From Zancudomyces culisetae HAW-14-8 (lineage: Eukaryota > Fungi > Kickxellomycota), in NCBI GenBank assembly GCA_052426225.1, contig JBNJNM010000006.1, positions 434,001 to 498,000 on the forward strand: a stretch of DNA of 64,000 bases, written 5' to 3'. Both the position numbers and the translations under genes were made by a program. Shown here in pieces: positions 23,744 through 35,130 of the stretch (its first letter is position 1; each line of letters begins with the position of its first letter). The notes under the pieces were generated by a model. The model had not been told where the DNA came from and made no database searches. It worked only from the letters and a program-made list of their open reading frames with translations.

Positions 23744-26700
23744 TGTTAATTTTTTTCAATGAGTGTGCCTGCTGGATTCCAGTGTTATTGTTGATACTAT
23801 TGACCTTTTGTTTAAGTAATAAAAAGTTGAAATGGAAAAGCTGAGAAATTAATGTTCGTCCTGTTATTTAACGTGCAAAAACCAGAGACTTGTTAAAACT
23901 ACGCCACTCGTTCCAAGTGATTTCAAAAATATCGCTTTTCATTGGCTATAATGGGTGCTTTTCGTGGATTAGTAACATTGCAAATGCATATTTATGTGGA
24001 TCTAGTTTTTTTAGCAAAACCTTTTTTATATCACAACTTTAAAATGGCAAGGATAACAAAAGAATGAGTACTGGAAGGATCTGTTGGAAACCACTACAGC
24101 ATAAAAGTTGTCTACATTGAATTATAAATGGCCTTTACGTATTTTTGGCTCAAAAAAAAATTCTTTTTTGAAAGGATGTGATCATACGCATTGCAATTAA
24201 TGGTAGGCACATTAAACACATGGGTTGTAAGGGGAGGCAGATCAAAGCTACGTCATCATTATTGTGATAAGTATATGTCGTTTAAAAGGGTCAAATAAAC
24301 ATTGTAAATCCCTAGACACTTGATATAGGAAGGGCGGGGCAGTGCTATAAGCGATAAAAGCACACCTCATATTTTCCTTAGGGTCAGATAGGGACTAAGT
24401 CGGATGAAATAAAATTGGCATCAAAATGGTGAATACAACATATCATTAAGTCAGCCACCAAGTCTATCACCTCATTTTATGGGCCTTTTTGCACTGCAAT
24501 ATTGTTTGAATCCCATTTTTTGTCACCAATATGGCTTCCAGTTAAGAATATTGGTTTGTATGTACAACAAAGTCATTTGAATAGGCGTGGGGCTAGAACT
24601 ATTGTGTTGTTTTGGAAATTGAATGCGGGACCAAACAGGAATGATGCAACGACACATTTATTCACTTTCTCACTAATAGAGGTTTTGTTGAGTAAAATCA
24701 CACTCACGTACTTTGCGATTTGTGTTTTATACTAAGTACTCTTTTTTATACAGAAATAAAGGGCAACATAATAAAAAAACAAAATAATGTGGTGATTGAT
24801 ATATTGATATATGCATTCTCTGCGATAATGAGATTTAATTTTAATCATTGAAAAAGCGTTCACAGAAAAAATAAATCAGGTTTTTGATATCTACCACAAA
24901 AATAAAATTGTGCTAACCATGATATCTGTAGGCATCGCCTTGGTGGTTATTTTAGGTGAATGGTAGTTCTGGAATTGCGCTGCATACGCAATTAATAACA
25001 ATTATGACCTGTTTTGTTTGTGCGAAGGTCTAAATGGCTGTTTGTAATGTTACCATACCCTCTCCCAATAATAGAATTAAGTAAAAAATAAAAAATACAC
25101 ACATCTAGTATTCAGTCTTTCAATTCCAAAGGGACATACCAATGCCCGGCGGTTGTGCGCATTAACAGGGACAAGGTTTTGTCACATTCAAAGGTATTGT
25201 TCAAATTTACAACATCTGGTTTGGCTATAGAACCAGATGGCGTGTTTGTTATGTAACAATATGATATAACTATATTAGATTATACACACAACATAATATA
25301 TAAGAGAATAATGTTACTGGTTTGTAAGTGTTCGGGTAGAGGGATGTAGAAGGTGCCTTGATGTTTAGTGGACCAGGATAGCTCATATGATCCTTGAGTT
25401 TGCAGCCTGCCTTTTTTTTCATTTTTCTTTAGATGTAATGCTGGATTCTCCTCCCCCGCATACACTCACCCTACAGAGTGTGGGTAGATTCAAAAGGATA
25501 CGAAACGTTCATTTTGCCGCTTTGCTCATTGTAGCTTGTTATTTTGCCATTGGAAAGAAGGCAAAAAAGGCATAGAATGGGTCATGTAAAAATGCACAAG
25601 GTATAACAAAACGCATCTCAATGGTTCTTTGAGGTCACATTCTCGTTTTTGGTTTGCTGGAGCAGCTACAAAATATTAAAATGCAGCTTTACAACACATT
25701 TTTGAATAATTGGATCTTTTTTATTTATTTTTGGTTTATTATATTATTATTTCTTTTACATATTTCAAAAGAGGTTTACAATAACCAACTAATGGGAAAT
25801 ATAGTTGACCTTTGTAATTACAAATGCCAAAAAAGAAAAAAGACCATAAAGAGAATTTATAGCCGTAAAAGTAAGGGCAAAACAAAGAAAAATGATAGAC
25901 AAAAAATGGAAAAAATAGGCTCAAAATAGTAGGCCAATGGATGCAAAGTTTGAAAGCAAACAAAAATAGCTTTAAAATTTCTTGTGTTTTTCCTTTTCCG
26001 TTACTTTTTTCTCAAGTTTGCCAAAATATCAAGAAAAATCACAACAAAAAATTTCCCTTACACACATACAAAAAAAAAACTCAACACAAAATGCTCTCAG
26101 ATGACCCTTTTTTTTGTCTAAAAAGAAGGGCAAGGACCTGAAGGCTGGAGGTGGGGATGAGGATGAGGAGGTAAATCTAGAAAGTGATGGCAAGCTATAG
26201 ACAGGAACAAAGCAAAAAAAAAGAGAAAACACTACAATACATTGTTGGTCATCAAAATCGGTTTGTAACACCCACTCACGTCTTGTCTTCATTGGTGCCA
26301 AGAGGATTACTAATACATGCTCTTGCGTATACCTCTTCCAAATATGTTTTGTAGTTTACACCATCATGGTGTTCATTCTAAATTCTCTGATAGGCACTGT
26401 GCTCTAGTTTTTTTTTTTACATCTCAGCCTTTATCTATTACACTAATCATTCGTAAATACGTTTTACCACTGTATACAGAATGTATGTTCTGTTATCTCT
26501 TTGGTGGTGGCCATATATATTTTTTAAGGTCCTCTAATACTGGCGATTTAATTCTAGTTCCAATCCCAATTCCAATTGCATATACAAATCTGGTTGATAA
26601 AAATATGTGGAAAAAAAAACGACCAAGGAAACAAAAGTGCGGCGATTTGGTTTTCTTTACTGTACATTTTCATAGTGGGTTGATACCACCACACGTATTT

Positions 26701-28104
26701 CTTCTAGCCTTATGGGCTTATCTTTGAATACATTTTTTATAGACTATCAAAAGCTCTTTACGAGCAGTTATAGCATTAATAACAACTTTGGTTTCCCGGT
26801 TTATGGGCTAGCAAAAGTAAAACAGAGTTCCGATTATTCCAAATTTTTTTGAGAAATGCACAATAGGAGATGTCCTGGGATGAATATGTTAAAATGTGAA
26901 TTTGGCGGGTGGGGGAGTGGGGGAAAGTGAGGGAGGAGGGAGGAGGGAGGAGGGAGGGAGAGAAAGCATGAAGATTCACAAATTATAGTTTTTGTCTGGT
27001 GTTTTTTTTTTTTGTTCAGTTAGGTTAGCAAGTAAATTGGAAGGTTTTCTTTAGTCTTACGTTTTTATTTTCTAATTAACAGTAAGATTGGTAAATAAAG
27101 GGAAAAAGTAAAAAAATTAGCAATTTCAATAGGAACATCAACTGATGAAATTATTAATAGAAAAAAAGATACCAATAACTGCGCATTTGTTTATTTGAGT
27201 TTAACAAAACCCGCGAAAATAAAAATAAAGGCACAGGATGTTGCGAGAATAGAATTTCCTGGCTTGGTTTGAAAGAAAGAGTGCCAGGATGGTAGGAGGC
27301 AAATTGGCAAAGTTTTTTGGTTAAATAAATATTTATTGAACCTGAAGAATAATTACCTGTTTCATTAAATGCGGAATATGACCAATTTAAACAGTCATTT
27401 AAATGTATGTAATGTTCTGTGTTTGTTGCTGTTTTCAAAAGAAAACCGGGCTTAAAAAGGTTTGTAAGTAGCGACATAAACGAAATCTGTTTTATAAAAT
27501 CTAGTTGCTTTCAGATCAAGCAATTGAGTAGACAATTCTTCTAAAAAGGAGGGGGACGGAACAAAATCAATAATAGGATCAAGGGTGTTTTTCAGAGATA
27601 AAAGTGACATACAATCAACCTGCACCAAAGGGAAGAGAGTACTCAAGTGTATGTTTACAAGTATAGAGTGAATCAAGTAATCGCATAATAAGAGGGGTCG
27701 AATTCAAACAATATAATAGATCAGTCATATAGGATCAGCGCAAGCCGAGGTTGTCCTCAGGACGTTAGAGTAATAGAGCGGGCCTAGTCCAAGAACAAAA
27801 AGGAACGCAAAAGAAGAAATTAAAAGGCGCATAAATTATTATAAATACTATTACAAATAGACGATCCCTTATTACGACAATTAAAAATAAGGGTATTGGA
27901 TTTTTGTTTGAAAAGACTATATATATTCGTTGAAGGTATAAATGTGCAAAATATATGCATGTAAATAGAGAATTGATAAATCCATATCATTTTTTCACGA
28001 ATAATATAAATTAATAAGCAACAAGGGGAGGAGAGAACCAGGAATAGACTTGAAGTAAGTTTATAAATATATAAACAAGTAAACGAGCTAATGAAATAAT
28101 AAAA

Positions 28105-30846
28105 ATGGGACAGACAACAAGTACACTTTCGAGAGAGGAAGATAATAGAGAGGGAATAGACATGGAAGAAGATCGCAAAAGCAAGGAAAGTATAGATAGC
28201 GTGGGACCAGCTGCAAAGATTCAGAAGCTTGAAAATAGCGATGGTACTGAGGATAGGAACAGGGTTATGGAGGACGGGCGGAGAGGGGTGGCAGGTCAAA
28301 GCGATTATAACCCAGAAAGCAGTTCGACGTCACACAGTGTATATCGAACAGGATATCATGGAGAAAATATTGTTCACTGCACTAGAAAGAAGCGAAAGCG
28401 ACTCTCAAGACAATCATGTGTAGAATATGAGAATAAAAAAAGAGATGGGAAAGAAAAAGAAGTGGAGGAGGCGGTAGACGTGGCAGAGATAGCAGCAGAG
28501 CCACACAGCGAAAAAGAAGCAGATGGGGATGGTCGTGAGGAAGAGTGCACAGTGGAGCACATAGAAGGTCGTCGGGATTTAACAGGAAAGTTTAGGGAGG
28601 AAAATGAAATGGAGACAGAGGTTGAACTGGAAAGTAATATAGAAGGTAGGACAGATAGAGAAAGCACCCACGAAAGTATGATGAAGCATGCTGGCGAAGA
28701 ATGTGGGATTAGCGCTGAAACAAATAGTGAAGAGCGAAAGGAAGAGGAAGAATGTAGAAAGGAAGAAGATGTGACTGAGAAGAGTGGTGAGGGGACAGAG
28801 GAACGAGAGGATGTGAGGGACGAGGTAATACCCGAGAGAACAGAAAGTAGCGAGGGAGGAGAGGAGCAAATAAGAGGGGAGGAGAGGGAATCCCATGAGG
28901 GACAAGAGACTGGGAGAGGAGAGGAACAATTAGAACAAACAGTAATAGACAATACTTCGGGGACATTTGACCGAGCAAGTTCTAATAATTTGCTGGCGGC
29001 AGCAGTAGCTCGGTCAGTGATTAGAGCGACGAGGTTGGAGTTTGACAGGAACCATCAACTGTTTAACGAACAAGAGGGGGCGCGGGAGAATATCTGGCCT
29101 ACAATACGGGGAAATATTGAGCGGGAGTTGGAGATAAATATAGGGATGTTTATACTAGAAATATTAAATTCAGGGATGAATTCGACTTCAACTTTAACGC
29201 ATGATGGGCAACCAGCAGAGCCAGTACGACAAGAACAACAAGAACAGCCAGCGCAACAGGAACGACCAGAGCAAGCAGAACAGTTAGAAAGTATTGGCGA
29301 GGAAGGAGGTGATAGCCAACCAACAAATACCAATGAATATAGTGGGCTGTCTCGATCTCAAGAGGGAGCACATTTGGGGAGTTTATCCATGGGTTTGGAA
29401 GGTGGTATACAGACAGAAGGGCGAATGCCGGACGATGATAGCAGTTTAAATAGAGAAGGAAATGTTGGAGAACAAGAGTTCCAAAACGCAGAAAGATACA
29501 TAGATATTCCAGGAAACTATCAGTTCCGAGTGTTCCCAATTTTGGTAGAACCACAAACTCAACAACCACAAACTCAACAACCACAAACTCAACAACCACA
29601 AACTCAACAACCACAAACCCAAACTCAAACCCAAACCCAAACTCAACCACAAACTCAACACCAAGAACAAGAACAAAGTCAAACAGACATTCCAACGAAT
29701 CCACCAAGCAATGGCGATGCAGATGAAGAGGAATCAGTATCTTCGCGGCTACACCGGATTCTTGGCAACCGAAACACACTAGCACAACGGGTCAGTACAC
29801 AGCGAGAAGCGCTGAGAAGGATGTTGCATGGCCAAAATGCCGGCCAGCAACAAGTCCCCGTTATTATAGTTGGTGTGCAGTCGCGGTCTCCTGGAACAGG
29901 ACTTGCCCAATATACTCCATCACCTCTTTCTGCTGAACATCCTTTATCATCACAGAACACTAATAGCGAACAAGATGCAACGCCACAAGAATCTCAGGTA
30001 GATACATACCCCGAAGCTGACACCGGCTCCAACTCAAACATCGATACAAACTCCACTCTCAACAGACTCCATTTGGGCCGATTCCGCTCATTGTTTGACC
30101 GGATCTACAGCAGACTATCCCGCTTTGTTCCAGGAATGCATACCAATAATTCTTCATCTGCTGGGGTTCAGCAACAGTCCCAGCCTGGTCAAGGCCCCGC
30201 CACAGGTTTGTCTTCTCAAGATGCCACAAACCCTGCCACGAATATGAACAATGCTGCTTTAGGCAGCAATGGTTTGGTTGTCTACGTCTTTGCCACAACT
30301 TTTGCTCTCACTCATCCTTTGTTGCTTTCTTTTCTTGCATCTTCTCTCTTTCCTGGTTTGATGGACAGCAACGAGTCTCTCCTAGCTAATGCCAGCAGTG
30401 GTCAAATGTACGACGACTTTGTCGCCTTTGCAGATCTCCTGGGACAAGTGAGACAACCAACTGCCACTATTGAGCAGGTCGATGCCCAGTTACCCATTTA
30501 TGAGTACTGCTGCCCTCCGTTATCTGACCAGCAACAAACTGACCCCGATACAGCTCCTGCTGGTCCTGTTCTTCTCAAGCGGTTTGTTCAAGACTCTTCC
30601 CTTCACACTGACAGCAAGTGTGGTGATGATATGTCTCTACCGACCACCACACAAGAGCAGGTTGCTACTGACTTTTTGTCTTGTGAAAAGTGTCTGATAT
30701 GCTTAGAAGAATACAAACATGCAGATCGATTGAGGGTTTTATCTTGTCGGCATGGTTTCCATTCTGACTGCATTGCAAGCTGGATAACCAAGGGTGCCAA
30801 CAAATGCCCTGTATGTCGAGCCGATGCTGTAAAATCTGCCTCTTGA
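28105..30846 (+). CDS. RING-H2 E3 ubiquitin ligase with N-myristoylation motif and acidic disordered N-terminus
   Basis: 913-aa intronless ORF starting MGQTTS. C-terminal CLICLEEY...LSCRHGFHSDCIASWITKGANKCPVCR. YDDFVAFADLLGQV pre-RING motif. Confidence 0.9.
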   Translation: MGQTTSTLSREEDNREGIDMEEDRKSKESIDSVGPAAKIQKLENSDGTEDRNRVMEDGRRGVAGQSDYNPESSSTSHSVYRTGYHGENIVHCTRKKRKRLSRQSCVEYENKKRDGKEKEVEEAVDVAEIAAEPHSEKEADGDGREEECTVEHIEGRRDLTGKFREENEMETEVELESNIEGRTDRESTHESMMKHAGEECGISAETNSEERKEEEECRKEEDVTEKSGEGTEEREDVRDEVIPERTESSEGGEEQIRGEERESHEGQETGRGEEQLEQTVIDNTSGTFDRASSNNLLAAAVARSVIRATRLEFDRNHQLFNEQEGARENIWPTIRGNIERELEINIGMFILEILNSGMNSTSTLTHDGQPAEPVRQEQQEQPAQQERPEQAEQLESIGEEGGDSQPTNTNEYSGLSRSQEGAHLGSLSMGLEGGIQTEGRMPDDDSSLNREGNVGEQEFQNAERYIDIPGNYQFRVFPILVEPQTQQPQTQQPQTQQPQTQQPQTQTQTQTQTQPQTQHQEQEQSQTDIPTNPPSNGDADEEESVSSRLHRILGNRNTLAQRVSTQREALRRMLHGQNAGQQQVPVIIVGVQSRSPGTGLAQYTPSPLSAEHPLSSQNTNSEQDATPQESQVDTYPEADTGSNSNIDTNSTLNRLHLGRFRSLFDRIYSRLSRFVPGMHTNNSSSAGVQQQSQPGQGPATGLSSQDATNPATNMNNAALGSNGLVVYVFATTFALTHPLLLSFLASSLFPGLMDSNESLLANASSGQMYDDFVAFADLLGQVRQPTATIEQVDAQLPIYEYCCPPLSDQQQTDPDTAPAGPVLLKRFVQDSSLHTDSKCGDDMSLPTTTQEQVATDFLSCEKCLICLEEYKHADRLRVLSCRHGFHSDCIASWITKGANKCPVCRADAVKSAS
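29551..29660 (+). repeat. Coding tandem repeat (PQTQQ)4 + (QT)n
   Basis: ccacaaactcaacaa x4, then acccaa/actcaa hexamers. Confidence 0.9.
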
Positions 30847-31248
30847 TTTGTTTCCACTATTTTCCACTTTATCTTTTTTTTTTATCTTGACCTTTTTTCC
30901 ATCTTCAGGTCTAGTACTTTATTCCTTAACAACTTGTTAGTATTATTACTACTAGTATACTTATATTTTATGTATTAGTACCATAAAAATGACATTTAAT
31001 CATTTTTTCAAGTTTTTTAATGCTCTTGAAATTTCTATTTTTTATTTCAGCGGTTTAATAATAATTTTATTCCATTAATAACGACTAAATCTATGATTAT
31101 TTCTTTTTTTTTTTGTTAAGGATTTATGCTATGATATAAGCATAAGAGTATATCCAATCCAAATATTAAAAAAATAAATAAAAATTAGTTGATCAAGTTA
31201 ATTTAAATATCAAAAAAACAAGTCCTTTTTTTTTTTTCCCTTGTTAGT

Positions 31249-34200
31249 TTAAAGCTCATACGACATCACTATAAATATATCCCTTCCACCAACTATTCTC
31301 AGTACCAAAATTTCGTCATGTCTACCACTACTATCATTACTACCACTAGTATCGTTATTTTTGTTGTGATCGGTGTTAGGTTTCACTGCTTTTTCGTAAT
31401 AAACGAGATAGTCATCTTCATCAATACTGTCCTCTTTACTTTCAGTACTCTTTTCATTAATGACGCTGGTATTACCCGAATCGCTACTATCACTACTACC
31501 ACTACTATCACTACCACTACCGCCACCAGGAATATCAGTGCTTATGGGACCTTTCGCTTCTACAACACTATTACCATTCTCAATTATACTTGGATTACTA
31601 CCAGCTTCTTGTTTTGCCGCTGTAGAACTTGCCTGTGGTGATTCCGAGTCGCCAGCTGGTGCAATAGCCTCATCTTTCTGTTGTTGTATTTCTTTTGTCT
31701 CTTGTTTCTTGCTGACATCTGTATCAGCACCACTACCACTAGATCTATCTCCTTCATTCTGCACTAAACTTGGATCGGCAATAGATAACACTATCTTTTC
31801 TCCTTCACTTTCACCCTTGGTCTTGTAGATTATCGCTTCAATTTCTACTTGAGATCCTGGCAATACTACACCTTTTACTGGATTAACCCAAATTTGAGAG
31901 TCATTACATATACCATTATTGTCTGTAATCCTATCACTACCACCACCACTCCCAGCTCCTGGTTTTTCGGTGTTGGGGAGTGAGGCTATTGCTGAACTTG
32001 ATACAAATTCAAATTTAATTCCATCCTATTTATTTTAATTTAATTTATTTTAATTTATTTTAATTTTATTATTTTATTATTATTTTAGAAAACCATCATT
32101 GTTATAATTACTGCAACCTTTTTAAGTATACATATATAAGTGTAATAATAACAACACCAAACTTTTCGTTTATAAATTTTTTGTTCCACAAACATTGGTT
32201 TGTCCAGTTTACACTTTTTTATATTATACGTTTTTATATCACCTCACAACTTTTTTATTTATTGTTGTGTTTGTATTTATTTACTTGTAGAATATTATAT
32301 ACAATATCATTATCAAGAATATGATTATATAATATCTGTTTCTAACGTTTCTTGCACCTGTAAGAATACTGCCTCTTGCAATAGTATCACTACTACTACT
32401 ACTACCACTACCACTACCACTAGTACTATTAATAGATGTGTAATTCACCTTTGATAAATTCGTCAATGTCAGGCTTCCACTGTACCGCTTGCCATACTCT
32501 ATTTTTCCAAAGTTGATCTCATTGCTACAACTGCCTCCTTCTGCCTCGCCCGCTTCTCCCTCCACTCCACTAATGCTAGTATTGCGTATGGACACAATAG
32601 GCATACTTGCATTTTCCTTGATATTCATTTCTTCCAAAATAGTGCTGTATACCTGCGAATACTTTTCTGGAGAAAAACCAACAGTGTCAATTTCAAATAT
32701 TCCAAATACTGGTTTATGATCACTCGTGTTTTGGCTGGGCTCGGAGTTATACTCATAACACTTTATCACACCTCCTTTATTGACACTGGTATTGTATCCT
32801 GTACTGCTATTATCACTTCCACTAATACGCCCACCAGGTTCTGGTCCCACTTCTACACCTTCAGTTCTCAATACTGGTCCCGAGCTTAAACCTGTAAACA
32901 CACTTGGCCCTGGGCTTGACACCGATCGAGGTTCTACTGCCATCGTAACAGCTGGTTCTGTCACTTGTTCGCTTTGCTGAACACTCATTTGTTGAGTTGC
33001 ATTAGCGGCGCCAAGTTGCTGCTTATCAACGCTTTTATCGCTGGCATCACCACCGGTGTTCCTACTGGCATTTTCACCAGTATCACCCTTGAAAATTGCA
33101 CTGGCATTTCTGCTTATATTCCCACTGGTATTCCCACTGGTATTCCCACTAGCACCTATACTGAGATTCCCGCTAGTGTTTCTACTTATGTTTGCACTGA
33201 CAGGATTGCTACTACCGCCAGATAGCTTTGGATTCTTCCAATAAAGGATCCGATCACACCACGCCGGATTTCTCTTGGGATCAAAGTTAGCTGTTCCTTG
33301 TATATACCTGTAGGTGGGCAAGAATTTTATTTCCTCTTCTGTAAACATTTCGAACGCCAGCCTTTTTTCTCTGGATATATACAACTGGTCTAACCCTAAC
33401 AGTAGTTTGTAATTTCCTGTACCAAGCAGGTTGTTTATTATGTTCGTTGGTGCCTCGATGCGATAATTCAAATCTCCAAACCAAAACACATAGGACGAGT
33501 CAAATATCTTCTTCACCTCCATAATCTCTTTTTCCTGCTGTAGCTGCTGTCTTTGTCCACCAACACTCCCTTTCCGATCATCAGAGTCCATGCTGGTTTT
33601 GGTGGCATCTAAATTAACATCCTTGAGCTCTCCCTTAAATTCCATTCTCTTTATGAGTTCTTGGAACTGATAATTTCTTTTGCTGGCATTACCCTCCTCG
33701 TGAACCAGGTGCGAATTAACAAATACGATTGATGTCTCATCTATCCGCATTCGAATTCCTACACCGCCTTTGTTTCCCATGTATCCGAGCAATCCAAGTC
33801 CCATATGGTAGCTCTGCACCTGTCTTATGCGGTCCACTTCGGTGTTTTTGCAAAATACCAGCAACATCATCCCCACTAGCTGTTTAGATGCCACCTTTAC
33901 ATACTCTAGCCCATGGTGCTGCAGGCTTTTGTTTATACAGTGCGTCCACTCGTTTTCTTTGGTAACATCATAGTAAACATATGACCCTGCACTTAAATCC
34001 ATTTCTTGTAGCCTTTTAAATTTAAATTTATACTCAGCTTTAGCTCGTTACTTTGACCATCCGTTTTTTTAAAAACGCTCAATCTAATGTGTGAAACATT
34101 TTTTTTTTACACAGGATACTATTAGTGTACTTACCCAATTACCAAGAGCATCGGATCATATTTTGCTAATCTACTTTTACTCCCCTTGGGCTCATCTGCC

Positions 34201-35130
34201 TATACTCCATATATTTTTATATATTTAATTATTTAGATGTCAAAGTCAAGTAGAAAAGTCATCATATTTATATTTGCTTATGTATGAACAAGCAACTTGG
34301 TGTTTATCATGTATTACCAAAAGTTCGGGATCTCCAAATAACCAGTTATCAACATTTTCCGGTGGATCATTTCCGGCGACATTCCACGTCCCGATCATAA
34401 TCTTTACTTTGTTTTCAAGGGTATACTCGGATTTTCGCATTTCAAGCCGCTCACCGATCAAATCTCTAGTAAAACGCTCACTGTCGTCTACAATTTTTAC
34501 TATGCTCTTCCCCTGCTGATATCCGTTTGGTACACCCAGCTCTAACAACATCTTTTTAGACGTTCCGTAATAATTAATCCATTGGAACTGCTTTTCCATC
34601 AACTCTTTGTCTGCTGAAGGAAATATATACTCTCTGATTCTTTCTCTAAATGCCCTTGCACCGCCATCCGCATTAAATATACATAAAATTTCCTGGTCCA
34701 TATACTTTATTGTTGTGGTATCTTCTACTTCGAACGTTTCAATTCCGTATTTATTTTTTAGTGCTGTTATATGTTCTTTGGGCTCTACTTCCTCTGTAAA
34801 CACTGTTACCTTATCCTTTTCTTTCTCCTTTTGCTTATCCTTATCTTTATCAGAACTCTTCTCTCTGGGCCGCATTGCCACTTTTATCTTGAAGAGTCCT
34901 TCCTTTAAACTCATTATCTCATATATCCCGATACAGTTTCCTGCACATTTCCATAGCAAAAACACTGCCGCTGTCTTAATACCGTCAGTTTCGTTTGTGA
35001 CTATTGTAATGTATGCCTTTTGCCTCTGTTTATTTTCTAACACCTGATATCCTGAGTATATCTCGACTATCTTTTCACTTCCTCTAATCAAGTCGTTTAT
35101 TTCCTTCCTGTCGTTTTGTAGAATCGTCAT
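31249..35130 (-). CDS. OCRL/INPP5B-like inositol polyphosphate 5-phosphatase with ASH domain, 4 exons (~1072 aa)
   Basis: Exons 35130-34318, 34199-34135, 34012-32449, 32025-31249. Motifs: IGTWNVAG, VIG|LQEMD, GYMGNKGGVGIR, FVNSHL, FWFGDLNYRI, PAWCDRILY, SDHKPV. ASH-like segment: INFGKIEY...LTLTN...VNPVKGVVLPG...DEILVLRIVGGRDIFI. Confidence 0.88.

Noticed and set aside
23800-28000. Many 60-160-aa ORFs in the NAS2-RING spacer (and similar ones at 35200-38200, 48600-50800, 57200-61000)
   Set aside because: F/L/K/I-rich translations of A/T runs, often without ATG, and no consistent exon chain found.
28374-29785. Long antisense and alternate-frame ORFs over the RING gene (likewise over ITC1, DOA4, trypsins, INO1)
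   Set aside because: Shadow ORFs caused by skewed, low-complexity coding sequence; no domain-like content.
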